DNA of 64,000 nucleotides from the human T2T-CHM13v2.0 reference genome, Homo sapiens: NCBI RefSeq assembly GCF_009914755.1, contig NC_060940.1; one strand, written 5' to 3'. The notes below the pieces were generated by a model. The model did no database searches. It was not told where the DNA came from and saw only the letters and a program-made list of their open reading frames with translations. Shown here piece by piece: positions 1 to 33,094 of the stretch. The first letter of the stretch is position 1; every line of letters begins with the position of its first letter. The position numbers and the translations under genes were made by a program.

Positions 1-352
1 ATTGCATTTTAGCTATGATGAGAACAAATATTTAATATCTTAGAAGATTAAAAGCATACTGTGATAATATGGAAATCTTGGCGGGAATTCAGTCATTAGT
101 GAGAATGTTTTGCGTTAAGTTCAAACCAGCCTCAACGAAGCTGATGTGAGGGAAGGGAAAGTGAACTCTGAGTAGAGCAGGGACAGAAGAAAGATGCTCC
201 AGTGCAGATCAGGAAGGAGCAGGGGGTGAAATGTTACAAATTCTAGAACTCAGAGAGCTGAAGGTAATTAATTACTTCCTTTTCAAGTTGTGAAACATGT
301 TAACCTGTGGTAAAATACTTACAAGATGATAATTACCATCTAACCGTGTTGA

Positions 353-1330
<978 letters not shown>

Positions 1331-1355
1331 TCATTCTTATATTATTATTTCCTAG

Positions 1356-7820
<6,465 letters not shown>

Positions 7821-7825
7821 GGAAG

Positions 7826-7850
7826 AATAAATAAATAATATAAAAATAAA
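7826..7850 (+). terminator. NPIPA polyadenylation signals (clustered AATAAA)
   Basis: AATAAA at 7826-7831, overlapping copies, and 7845-7850, immediately after the stop codon; T/GT-rich sequence follows. Confidence 0.75.
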
Positions 7851-8360
7851 ATGAATACTGCAGTCCTTATGTTATTGCTTTGTTTCAATATCTGGTATGA
7901 TTGCCTGAGGGACCTGAGGTTTTTAATCATAGGGGTTTTTTTAATCTTTAGAAGTGGTTGGTTATGTAAAATATTATTATTTGTTTTTTTTTTGAGACTG
8001 GAGTTTGCTCTGTCACCCAGGCTGGAGTGCAGTGGCTCGATCACAGCTCACTGCAGCCTCAACCTCCTGGGCTTCAAGCAATCCTCCTGCCCCAGCCTCC
8101 CAAGTAGCTGGGATCACAGATGTGTGCCACCACGCCTGGCCAATGTTAAAAAATCCTTTAACTTTTTTGTAGAGATGCACTCCTGGACTCAAGCAATCCT
8201 CCTACTTGTCCCGACCACCAGCCTCTTTCTGATAAACATTTACACTGTTTATTATCTGATGCCATTTCTATCTTCTTCCTTGTCATCCAGACATCAAAGA
8301 ATTAGGTTTCTTCAGGGTTTTCTTTTTCAAGTGCTCAGTGTTAAAGATCACTCACATTAG

Positions 8361-8662
<302 letters not shown>

Positions 8663-8808
8663 ATCACTTACATTAGATATACCCAAGGGGTGGTCTATAG
8701 AGACTTGGAAGCAGTGGTTATTGCAACAGGGGCACGGAAGTCATCTGGCTATGCCAGGGTGCCCAGGGGATACTCGGGGTGGGTGGCATGGTGCTGCTGG
8801 GGACTCAC

Positions 8809-8915
8809 CGCACAGGACGCTCTGATTGACGCACTGCCAGGAGTAGCGCTCTGTCTTGGGGCTGCAGCCGGCCTCCTCAGCTCGAGTGTAACAACAGTCG
8901 TGGCCATGGCAGCAC
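8809..8915 (-). pseudogene. PLA2G10-like exon 3 (catalytic CCHGHDCCY motif)
   Basis: 107 nt; ccgcag|GTGCTGCC...GTGCG|gtgagt; contained in ORF 8741..9016. Confidence 0.93.
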
Positions 8916-9034
8916 CTGCGGATGTCACATGGGCAGGACAGCAGGTGGGTGAAGCTCTCTCCTGGCCCTCCTCTCTTGCCAGGACTATGGGTGACTGAAG
9001 ACCCCCAGGGAGGCACAGCATCCTCTTATCTAAG

Positions 9035-16085
<7,051 letters not shown>

Positions 16086-17326
16086 TCTTGTTTTTTATTA
16101 CAACTTTTTACCTAAACATTCAATAGTTTTCACTAACTTTTTGGCAATGAGGCAGCTGAGTCTAAGTAGGTTAAATCACTTATCTGAGGTCACACGGCAG
16201 GACAGTGCTTGTTCTGCAAAGTTAAGTGTGTTTCTTTTTGTGGACCATGAGAACATCTCCAACTGCCCTTTTTGACTTGGCCACCAGGGAACTCAGCGCC
16301 ATGTTCTCAAATCCAGTTTAGTAACTGGCCTTCTGGCCTGTATATCTTTATTCTACCTTCCATCCTGCTCTGTTCTGCCTTTACCTCTTATTCTAGATTA
16401 TCTTTCTTTAGTCCTAATTTTAAATTTATATCTATAATCTTGTTATATATATTTCTTGGCATCTACTGTAAGTGGGTAGTGAACGAATAAACAAAATGTG
16501 ATGAATTTTAGAGGACTAAGAAGGGCCTAAGTCACACCAAGATTCATGCTGGATAATTTGTCATCGACCCAGACTGTGATTCTGCACTCGCCAGTAACCA
16601 GTTTTTTGTTTTTTTTTTTTTTTTTTTGCTTTTTGCCAACCATACATTTTGCTTTCATGGTATGGAAGTGGTTTAAGCTTATGGCTTCCAGCCTGCAGTG
16701 GCTATGAGGGGTCAGTCTCTCGTCAGGAGGGGTTGGCAGACTCTGTTCTCAGATAGGCAGCAAGGATGGAGGTGGGGCAGGAGCAATTTCACTACCTGCC
16801 TGGCGTCTGGGTCTTGCTTAGAGAAATAATTCCAGGCTCTGCTGCTTTCGACTCTGTCTCTCATGGTTCCACTGATTCCTGCAGAGATCTAGAGAGAAAA
16901 TTTCCAGCGAGGAGTTTCTGGCTCGTTTGATTTTGAACACGTTTTGAGTATTCCACCCCTTACCCCCCCGCCCCCACTCACTACTCTGTAGTTTTTTTTT
17001 TTTTTAAGAAAACAGTTTGAAAGCACAAATAAATAAATAATTCAAAACAGAGGGGCCATTTTTATTTACTTTGGTTGTTTCAGGATAGGGAAGGGAGCTT
17101 ACACTTTTTTTGAACTCTTATTCTATGCCAGCCGATGTGCTGCATTCTTAGCTTAAAAGCCTGCTTCTCTTTGATTTCAGAATAACTTGGAAATAAATGA
17201 TCAGACCCTGCATGCTCTGATCCTGGCTGTCTGCTCTAACTAAATCTCCTCTTCCTTGCTTCCTCCAGCGAGTTGTTCTCCCTTCACCTCCCAGCACAAG
17301 CTTTGCACGTGTTGCCGTCTGTCCTA

Positions 17327-17840
<514 letters not shown>

Positions 17841-18375
17841 CTAATAAATATGTTTCTTTCACTATACCATAAGTATATTCCTTCTTCTAAGTTTCATTAA
17901 GGTAGAATCACGTATGTCTTATTTCCTGTTATATCCCTAAGTACCTAGCATGTAGTAGGCATTCAATAAAAATTGATTGAATGATTGAACACTCAATCCC
18001 ATGATTTGAGTGTTTTTTTTGTTTTTGTTTGTTTGTTTGTTTTGAGACAAAGTCTTGCTCTATCACCCAGGCTGGAGTGCAGTGGTACTATCTTGGCTCA
18101 CTGCAATCTCTGCATCCTGGGTTCAAGTGATTTTCTTGCCTCAGCCTCTCAAGAAGCTGAGACTAACTACAGGCATGTGCCACCATGCCCAGTAATTTGT
18201 TTTGCGTGTGTGTGTATTTTTAGCAGAGATGGGGTTTCACTGTGTTGGCCATGCTGGTCTTAAACTCCTGACCTCAGGCCATCCACCCTCCTTGGCCTCT
18301 GAAAGTGTTGGGATTACAGGTGTGAGCCACCACGCCTGGCCTTTTGTAATTATTCTAACAGCTACTACTTATTAG

Positions 18376-18651
<276 letters not shown>

Positions 18652-20837
18652 TGACTGTATGCCAGGCACTGTGCTGATTTTTTTTTAATGTTTTTTATTT
18701 TTTTAGAGTTGGGGTCTAGTTCTGTCACCATGGCTGGAGTTCAGTGGCATGATCATAGCTCACTACAGCTTTGAACTCCTGGGCTTAAGCAATCTTCCTG
18801 TCTCAGCTTCCCAAGTAGCTGGGATTACAGGCATGGGCTATCACACCCAGCTAATTAAAAAGACATTTTATTGTATAGATAGGGGTCTGGCTATGTTGCC
18901 CAGGTTAGTCTCAAACTCCTGGCTTCAAGCGATTCTCCTGCCTCCACCTCCCAATGTGCTGGTGTTACAGGTGTGAGCCATGGCACCTGGCCCTGTGTTG
19001 ATGTTTTACATACAGCATCTCATTTAATCCCCACCAGGATCCTGTGGGGATGGATTGGATTATCCCCCACTCCTTGGAAGAGCTTAAGGATACCCAACCA
19101 GTTGGTGATTGAGCTGGGATTTGAACTCAGGCATTCTAATGGCAAAGCTGTGCCCCTTCCACTCTACCATCGTGTTCCTCTCCAGGGGAGGTGTCCCTGC
19201 AGTGCTGTGACTTTGTCGTCGAACATGTGCTGAGGTACGTGAATCCTCTGGAGAAGAAGGGCAAAGGAACAGGCTTTCCAGGCAGGAAGCCCCTGCAGGC
19301 GAGGGAGGAAGGCTGCAAGGGACATGGTAGGAGGTATCTTGCTCCCCATAGCTGGGCTGGGAGGATGAGATGGCTGAGAGCCAGGAGCCGGGCTGGGGTT
19401 AGGCTCATATCAGCCTGCAGAGGGCTTTGGGGAACCCAGGCTTTGGGGCCAGACAAACATAGCTTCTCACCCACCTGATCATTTCCTCTCTGTTGTATCC
19501 TATGTTTCTGGGTCTCAGTTTCCTTATCTATGAAATGGGGATACCATGACCTGTTCTGCCTGCTTCATAGAGTGCTAAGGAGCAGATGACATAACGTGTG
19601 CAAAAGCAGCTGTTCTTATTTCTATCACTTATTTTCATTATCGCTATTCTCAAGCAGGCAGACTGTAATTTTTTACCTCTTTCTTTTTTTTCACCCTTGA
19701 GTTGTTTGGAAGTTATTTTTAAAAGTCTTTGAAGTGTCCTTTTCCGTATTTGGCAAAAGCAAAATGGAAATTGATAGCATTGTCACCGTCGGCATCCCCT
19801 CACTCCGGCCGCCTGGCTGGGGGACAGCTCTGGGAAAATGTGGAGATGTCTGTTGTGGGCGGCTGGTTTGTTATTGCGTGAATTTTTCTGGTGAGACCTG
19901 ACCAGCTCCCTTTTAAGGCAATTTCTTGTGTTCTTGTTCCTCCTCTTTTCTTTTCCTGCCAATGTCAGGTCCTTTGTGCCATCTCCAGGCTCAGAAATCC
20001 GTACAGCCAGAGTCGGTCCCCAGTTTGGCCACTTCCAGCTGAAAAGCTTTCCCATGCCTTCCCTTTAACTTAGAATAGCATCCAAATCCTTCATTGTGAC
20101 CAAGGCCCTGTGCAGTCTGCTCCTGTCACTCTCCTCTCCATTACTCAGCTCCAAAAGTGTCACCTCCCTTGACTCCTCCAATGCCCCGCATGGTTTCCAG
20201 CCCCAGGGTCTTTGTGGGGTCTTTGCCAGGAATCCTGTTCCCCATTTTTTTGTTATGGGTAGCTCTTTCTCATCTTTGACATCTCTGCTCCAGAGTCAAC
20301 TTCACACATGGCTCTTCCCTAACCCACACTAAAAAATAAGCCTCCTTAAAGAAAAAAAGAGGCTGGACGTGGTGGCTCATGCCTGTAATTCCAGTGCTTT
20401 GGGAGACTGAGGTAGGAGGATCACTTGAGACCGGGAGTTTGAGATCAGCCTGGGCAACACATTGAGACCCCATCTCTACAAAAAAAAAAAAAAAAAAAAA
20501 AAAATAGCGAGGCGTGGTGCTGTATACCCATAGTTCTAGCTACTCTGGTGGCTGAGGCAAGAGGATTGCTTGAGCCCAGGAGTTCGAGGCTGCAGTGAGC
20601 CGTGATTGCACCACTGAACACCAGACGCAGTGTCATGTACTTGTAGTCCCGGCTGCTTGGGAGGCTGAGGTGGGACCATCTCTTAAGCCTGGGAGTTTGA
20701 GGCTGCAGTGAGCCCTGATCATCCCTGTGAATAGCCATTGCACTGCAGCCTGAGTTACACAGATACGTCTCTTAAAAAATAAATGAAAAGAAAAGCCTTT
20801 TAAATTCAGTGTCTTCGCATAGTTAGTCCAACCTTAA

Positions 20838-21515
<678 letters not shown>

Positions 21516-22615
21516 CCTCTAGAGAGAGGTGTTGAATGAATGAGTGTGAAGTCCTTAGCTTAGGGCCTGGCACTCAGTAGGTGCTAAGTAAATGTCACCT
21601 GTCAGCATCTTCCTCCTCCTCTTCCTCCTCCTCTAGTTGCTTCTCAGAGCTAAGGTCTCCCTGCTCCTTTTTTCCTCTATGGAAATGGATGAGAAAAGGT
21701 TTTCTAACAAGGGGCCATCACCTGGATTTTTAGAATAGCATAAAATATTCTCTGCTGCAGCTTCGGAATCCGACTGTGCTGGTGTTTGGCAGGAAAATGC
21801 AGTGAGTTATCACAGAGCGTTCCCTCCAGCACTGGGTCATGCAAATATTTATTGCGAGCGTTAAATAATAAATGGAGCAGCCTGCCCAATGGTAAATCTG
21901 TCATGTTTGGTTTCAGCCAGGAGTTGTGATGGCCCTGGAATCGCTGCCCGTTTCACCGCATCCACCTGCCCTCTAGAGGAGCAAGGCAAACAGCCGAGTT
22001 CTCTGGGGTGGCATCAGTGGGCTGGTGTGGAAGCCAGAGGGGCAGTGAGGGGAGTCAGCCAGGCATGGAAACTGGCAGGTAAGGCAGCCCTGTGGCCCAG
22101 GAACCCAAGCCGCAGCCACGCCGAGCAGGCCTGGACCTTTGAGTCCCTCTGCCACCACAGTTCTCAGGGGACACGGTCTCATTGTCCACATCTGGATTTA
22201 TCTTTCCGTATTTCCCTCATTGCTCTTGTCAGCTTCACTCTGGCTGACTGGCTGGAGCTGGCAAGCTTCTGAAAGTGGAGTCAACCTTCCGACCCTTTTT
22301 CTAGGCTGAGTGGTGGGTGGAGGAATGAGACCGTGTGTTGGACTCAAACTCGATGCAATAACGTTTCCCAGCCCCTGTGGTGTGCTGGGGCTCCTAGCAC
22401 ACATCCTCTTGTTTAACCTCAGCATTGCAACCTGAAACACAGACACGTGGGTTCTTGAGCCAGATGCCTCTGAGTTGGAATCCTATCTCTGCACTTAACA
22501 AGCGGTATGACCTTGAGTGAGCCACAGTTTTTCAGAGCCCCTGTTTCCTGATCTGTAAGGTGGGGGAGATGGTGGCACTCACCTTATGGGGCTGTTATGT
22601 ATTAGTCCATTGAGG

Positions 22616-23035
22616 TGTCTTAGCCTGTTTTGCGTTGCCATAAAGGAATACTTGAGGGTGGGTAATTTATAAGAAAAGAGGTTTGTTTAGCTCACGGTTC
22701 TGCAGACTGTACAAGAAGCATGATGCCAGCATCTGCTTCTGGTGAGACCTCAGGAAGCTTTTCTTCACTGTGGAGGGTGAAAGGGGAGCAGGTGTGTCAC
22801 ATGGTGAGAAGAGGGGTGAGAGAGAGACAGGAAGGGTGCCAAACACTTTTTTAACAATCAGACCTCGCCGTGAACTAAAAGAGTGAGAACTCACTCATTA
22901 CTCAGGGAGGGCACCAAGCTATTCATGAGGGATCTGCTCCCACCACCCAAATACCTCTCGCCAAGCCCCGCCTCCAACATTGGGGATCACATTTCAACAT
23001 GAGGTTTGGAGGGGACACACATCCAAACTATCTTA
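22616..23035 (-). mobile_element. MSTB-like MaLR solo LTR
   Basis: MST consensus (gccataaaggaatac...ggggacacacatccaaacta); 5-bp TSD tgagg at 22611-22615 and 23036-23040. Confidence 0.85.
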
Positions 23036-24114
23036 TGAGGTAGTAGGATAATGTAGGTGAAGACTTGCACAGTGCCCGGGACCTGGGGACAAATGCTAGC
23101 TCTAATGGTTAATAATGGTCCAGAGAAGAAAATAACTGCTCAGATGCACAGACATGACTGCACTAGTCAACCATGCAGGTATGAGTCCCCATCCTAGAGT
23201 ATGGGGTGCATAGAGCTCTAGCCCACCATTATTGAGTTGTAGAACTAAGGCTCCAATCTGGGGCTTTATGGATCCCTAAATCATGCCCTTTCACCTTCCC
23301 CATATCTGCTTTATTCCTCATAGGGTGGCAGGGAGGGTGGAGCTCATGCCTGGCCTTAATCATCATGGCCTAAGTTTGGTAGTGTCCAAACAGTGGTGAG
23401 GGGTGAAGTTGTAGGGTTGCCAGGTAGGTTGTGTTTGGCTTCAAATCACTGAGAACCCAACTGGAAGTGGTGTAGATGCTAATGGAAGTTATTGTTTCTC
23501 TGCAGGGGGCCATGTGGTTAATTGATTCAGTGGCTCCATTGTGGAATGGTGGGCCTTGTTTCCTTCCACTTTTCCACTATTCCATTCTTAGCAGCTGGCT
23601 CTTGCCCTCAGCCACACCCCATCATGGTCTCAAGATAATATGGACAAGAGAGAAGAGAGCCTTCTTCCACTTGTTCCCCGCTTGTTTTTGAGACAGGGTC
23701 TCGCTCTGTCACCCAGACTGGAGTGTAGTGGTGCAATCATAGCTCGCTGCAGCCTTGAACTTCTAGGCTCAAGTGATCCTCCTTCAGTTTCCTGAGTAGC
23801 TGGGACTATAGGTGCATGCTACCATACCCAGCTAACTTTAGAGTTTTTTCTAGAGATGAGGTCTCCCTCTGTTGCCCAGGCTGGTCTCGAACTCTGGGCC
23901 TCAAGTGATCCTCTTGCCTCAACCTCCCAAAGCACTAGGGTTACAGATGTGAGCCACCACGCCCAGCCCATCTGTCCCTTTTTATGATCATTTTCTCATT
24001 TTCTCAGAAGCTGCCAGCTGACTTCTCCTTCATCTCATTGGTCAGAAATGTATCACGTGCCCTTTTCTAAGCCAGTTGCTGGCAAGGGAATGGAATTCCC
24101 AAGGTTGCCTTAGA

Positions 24115-25651
<1,537 letters not shown>

Positions 25652-25774
25652 TCAAATTGCTGCTGTTTGTTCACCTGCAGCACTTACCATGATAGGCCTG
25701 TGTCCAGGTCAGCTAAGAGTCAACTTCCTTAATGTCTCGCTTTTAAAGTCTCAATTTAGTTTTATTCCTTGGGT

Positions 25775-25970
25775 AGATTTTTTTCCCATAAGTTATTGGG
25801 GTACAAGTGGTATTTGGTTACATGAGTAAGTTCTTTAGTGGTGATTTGTGAGATATTGGTGCACCCATCATCTGAACACTATACGCTGCCCCATATTTGT
25901 AGCCTTTTGTCCCTCGACCCCCTTCCACTCTTTCCCCCAAGTCCCCAAAGTCCATTGTATCATTCTTATG
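25775..25970 (-). mobile_element. L1PB-type 3' UTR fragment
   Basis: ttattggggtacaagtggtatttggttacatgagtaagttctttagtggtgatttgtgag. Confidence 0.75.
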
Positions 25971-26359
25971 ACTTAGGCAGATTGTTCATCTTCCCACTGA
26001 AAGGCAGTCTTCATTGTCCTGAAAAGCCTGGTTATAAGCTGTTCTCTTACCCGAAACACCAGCTCAAATTCCCAGGTGGCATCAGAGCATAGGAAGGTAA
26101 CAGGACTGGTTTCAAGCTTCCTGCACGTGATTTGTGACTCTTTAAGAACAAAAATTCTAAATGCCATTTGTAGATGGAGCAACAGAATATCAAAAAGGTT
26201 AGAGGTGTGATGTCTAGAGCTACCTCTTAGCTTCCCAATTCTGTAATTTTATGCCACTTCCCTGGGTAACACACTCCCTGGAAGGCCAGCAATCCTACGG
26301 CCTGGCCAAGGGCCTCCCTCTTTCCTTAGTAAAAGTTAATAATAATAATACTGATAAAG

Positions 26360-27023
<664 letters not shown>

Positions 27024-27311
27024 CTAGTCCCCACCTTCCTTTAGCCCAGGAGTTCGAGGCTGCAGTGAGCTATGATTGTGGCACTGTACTCTAGCCTGGG
27101 CAACAGAGCAAGGTCCTGTCTCTAAAAAAATAAAAGCATAAAAATAAAATAACCAAACTTTTTATTAACCTTCTACCCCCAGAGGGCCCCCTCCCTCAAA
27201 TAGCTCATTAACTAGACCTGGTTTGCATGCCCACCCCCTCTAGGGACTGAGCCCAACTTCTGAGATAGGGACCCTTGAAAGAACTGGGGTTCTGTTAGCA
27301 AGAAGAATTAA

Positions 27312-27623
<312 letters not shown>

Positions 27624-27881
27624 TAAAGTGCTGGGATTACACGTGTGAGCCACCGTGCCCAGCCTGCCACAGTTCTTTACACATTTGATCTTTAGCTCAC
27701 CCAACAACCTTGTAAAAATATGATTGCTACCCATAATTTTCAAATAATCTACGTATGCGTAAGAGAGAGAAGTGATTCCCCAAAGATCACGCAGCTAATA
27801 AAGTGGAAGGGAGAACCCAGGCCCACCTGGCTCCGAAGCTCACACTCTTTCCACTAAGCTGCCTGCTTCTTTCATTGGAAT

Positions 27882-28415
<534 letters not shown>

Positions 28416-30434
28416 ATATACTAAAACAAGCTCTTTGAGGGCAGGGATCATACTACCTTGACTACCTTGTTCAATTCTCAATCCTTTATACCCTGCCTGT
28501 CCTGGCACATTGTAAGTGCTCAGTAAGTAATGACTGAGCAACTGAGCAGATGTGCTACACCAGATTCCAGAGTCAAATAATCATAGACTTGGAGAAGTGC
28601 AGGGTTATGGGGGCTGCAGTATAACACTCTACCTCACAGTGGGTGCATCCAAGCCACCAGCTTCCCCTGGTTCCAGAAGGCCTGTTAGAGACATGTCTTG
28701 CATTTGCACTTGGTCCAGCACAGCCCATGCCTCCCACTTGTGAAAAGAGGCTGACTGATGGGTGGTGATCAGGGTTGGCTGCCTTTTCATTTTTGAGATC
28801 ATGGGAACAGAGGGACCGGATGAAGAAACACTTCTCTGAATCTACCCATTTCTAAATGGATGAATCACCAAGGAGGAAACTCAAAGATTAATTTCTCACT
28901 GCCCTTCTTCCCTTGCTCTGCTCTTTGTAGACAGTTACTGGTGCTCCAGGGCAAAAGATAATGAAAGTTCTTCCTTGCATCAAACTATTTTCTTCAGGAG
29001 ATAGAGCCAGCATTAGCCAAAGAGACGGTCTGGGCTCTGGGAGCTTGGCTTGGAGGCCCAGGACATTCAAACAGTCCTTCCCGGAGAACAGGCTGGACCT
29101 GCAGTGATGAATAATTATTTTGCAATTGACAGTTCAATACCCACCAGATTCTTCATTGTATGTTTCTGTATCGTGTCAAGTTATGAGAAAACGCAATATT
29201 CTTTAACAGCTAGGCAAGAACAATGGTTTTTGCTCATTTGTTTGTTTGTTTCCACCCCCCAGAGGTCAGTTTTTGCAGTAGGAAGAGTCTCATTCTTTTT
29301 TTATTTTATTTTATTTGTATTTTGAGACAGTCTCTCTCTGTCATCCAGGCTGGCTGGACTGCAGCGGCTGCAACCTCCATCTCTCAGGTTCAAGGGATTG
29401 TCCTGCCTCAAACTTCTGAGTAGCTGGGACTACAGGCATGCCTACGCCCTGCTAATTTATTGTATTTTTAGTAGAGACAAGGTTTCAACATGTTGTCCAG
29501 GCTGGTCTTGAGCTCCTGACCTCAAGTGATCCACCCGCCTCACCCTCCCAAAGTGCTGGGATTACTGCCATGGGCCACTGTGCTCGTGACTCTTCAAGAA
29601 GAGTCTTGAATTTACTCTGAATGTGTCCTTGGTTGGCACAACCACGAGCAGAATATGCATCCTATCTATCCTCACAAACACTGGGTTTATTATCCCCAAT
29701 TTGCCTTTGAGGAAATGGAGGCTCAGAGAGGTTAAATAACTTGCTCAAGTTCACGTGGGCAATGAGTGGTGGAGTGGAGATTTGAACTCAGGACTGTCTG
29801 TGACCCTCCCAGCCCTGCAGTCTCCAAGTCTCCAGTACTATCTGGCTCTAAAATCCGTACTATTCCCTCTGCTATGTTTTTGTGGCGACTTGAACTCTTC
29901 CTTCAAAGTCTTGGCTGCTGCTATGAACTGAACGTGTACCTTGTGAAGTTGTATTTTTTCCATATTGTAATTCCATCCTTCAAAAGTAAGTCTTGTTACT
30001 GCAAGACTGTGTTTCACCCGTCCTGGGGTAGGAGTGGCTAACAGGTTGGCTTGGGTCCCACAGTGAAATCTGTTCTGAGCCAGACCCTCCCGAGGGGACA
30101 GGGGACGAGCAGGAGAGATTGTAGCTGAAGTAGACATCTCCTGGTTCCCAGAAATGTGGAAGAACCTTGTGCAAAAACAGCTTCCTGCAGAGCCGCAAGA
30201 TGGGATCCAGGTTATTGGTATTTGAGCACTGTGTTTAGGGGCTATGAGAGAAACCTAACATGAACCGGCTGAAGGAAAAAAGTGGAGGATTACATGAAAA
30301 TGAATTCAGGGAGCTTGCAGGTGTACTGAAGGGAAGTGTGAGCTCTAAAAGCTGGAAAAGGTCTAAACGTGTAGATTACAAAAATATCTGCAGCTTAGCA
30401 TGGCAATGACGGATAAAGCGTCAGATATGTGTTT

Positions 30435-30940
30435 GTCATCCAGTTGTCTATGGCTGTGCAACAAACCACCCAACATGTAGTAGCTTAAAACATGACAGTC
30501 ATTTATTTTGCTCACACATCCACAATTTGGGCAGGATGTTGAGGGGACAGTTCGTTCCTGCTCCACGTGGCATCAGCTGGAGCTCACCAGGGGGCTGCAG
30601 AATTCATTTCTGAGATGGCTCCTCTAGCGGTTGCTAAGTTGGCGCTTTCTGGTTGGCTGGGAGCTCAGCTAGGCTGTGGTCCAGGGGACTTGGTTCCTTT
30701 GTTTGGGCCTCTCCTCTCTTCAGCTACTTGGGCTTCCTCATCGTATGGTGGCTGAGCTCTAAGACAAGGAGAACCCAGTGGAAGCTCTGTCACATTTTAT
30801 GATGTAGCCTTGGATGTCGCATAACGTTTCTTCTATATTCTATTGGTCAAGCAATCGCACAGTCTGGATTCAACGGTAGATGACATAGGTTCTACCTTTT
30901 GATGAATCAAAAAATTCTGGGATCATGGTTTGAAACTACC
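30435..30940 (-). mobile_element. Old MLT1-family MaLR LTR
   Basis: tatggctgtgcaacaaaccaccc...gcttaaaaca...tgggcaggatg. Confidence 0.65.
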
Positions 30941-31056
30941 AAAAAGTAGCGGCTGTATTGTTTGTTATTATTACAAAGTAGGCCGTGTGCAGTGGCTCAC
31001 ACCTGTAATTCTAGCACTTTGGGAGGCCAGCCTGGGCAACATAATGAGACCCGGTC

Positions 31057-31089
<33 letters not shown>

Positions 31090-32327
31090 AGAGAGATTAG
31101 CCAAGTGTGGTGGTGTGTGCCTGTAGTCCCAGCTACTTGGGAGGCTGAGGTGGGAGGATCACTTAAGCCCGGGAGATCGAGGTGGCAGTGAACTATGATC
31201 ACACTAGGCTGGGAGACAGAGTGAGACCTTATCTCAAAAAAAAGTTAATGATAATTACTACAAAGCAAGGCCAATAGTACAAAAACAGTGATCTTTCACA
31301 GTCTATGATATAGCAGGACAGTGCTAGATGTTCCCCATCTGCTATGCCATTTATTCCTCCCCAAAACCTGGGAAGCTCAGGGAGGCATCTAAACTGCCTA
31401 AACAGGGCCGTGAAGCTAGGAAGTGCTAAAGCCAGGATTTAAACCCAGAAGTCAAATGCTAAAGACTCTGCTAGACTGACTACCTGATTCTAGAGGCTGG
31501 GGTGTGTGCTAGGTATCTGAACGATTGGAGAGAAGCAGACAGAAATGTGTGAATGTGAGTGTGCAAATTTGCACAAGGCCAGTAGCACCTAAGGGGGCCC
31601 ATGTGGGAGATGGGAGGGTCCCTGCCATCTGCTTCCTTCTCCTCATCCATTTCACCCTGGTCTTCTCAGCCCTCCCCTCTCCTCCATGCCCCTCCTTGGT
31701 CTCTTCCCATGGACCCTGTGAGAGCCCCTCTCCAGCTGTTTATGGGAGATGTTGAAGGAGAAGCAAGGGCTCCTCACGACCCTGTCTCTGCCTCTTTCCT
31801 GTGCTCTGGGACATCTGAACTGTCACATAGTCAGCTGGCAGGGAAGCCCAATTTTCCTTTGGCTCTCCAAAGGGCCTGATTCATGGGTTAGGCTGAGATC
31901 AGATAGAGCCCTTGGGTCAGGTGGGTGGGATTCTGGCTCCCAGGGCTGCTGGCAGGTGCCATCTGGTTGTTCTGGAGGGAGTTGAGGGGAATGGTTCCCA
32001 CCTGGACAGTGTCTGAGGGGTGAGCTGGTGAAGCACTGGGCGGGTGGGGAGCTGGCAGGGACGGGACAGATACAGAGAGTGCCAGGAGGTGTGGACAGCT
32101 GCTCGCAGGGCTCTTGGTGACTTTGCCAGGAAACTGTGTCTAGACAGCCTCTGTCTGATCTCTCTTCTCATCCCACATCATCTCCCCGGTTCCTCCCTGG
32201 CCTGAGGCCGTCCTGCCAGGTTGATGCAGGGATATGTTGAACAAAGTTCAGATGTGCTGTGTGCACAGTACCAGGCTCAGCATAGTCTGAGAATGAAAAG
32301 CAGCTTCTGAAACTCAGCCCTGCCTCA

Positions 32328-33094
<767 letters not shown>

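Noticed and set aside
8741-9016. Stand-alone phospholipase ORF
   Set aside because: Only 8809-8915 is PLA2G10 exon; the flanks are intron, and the upstream exon has a stop.
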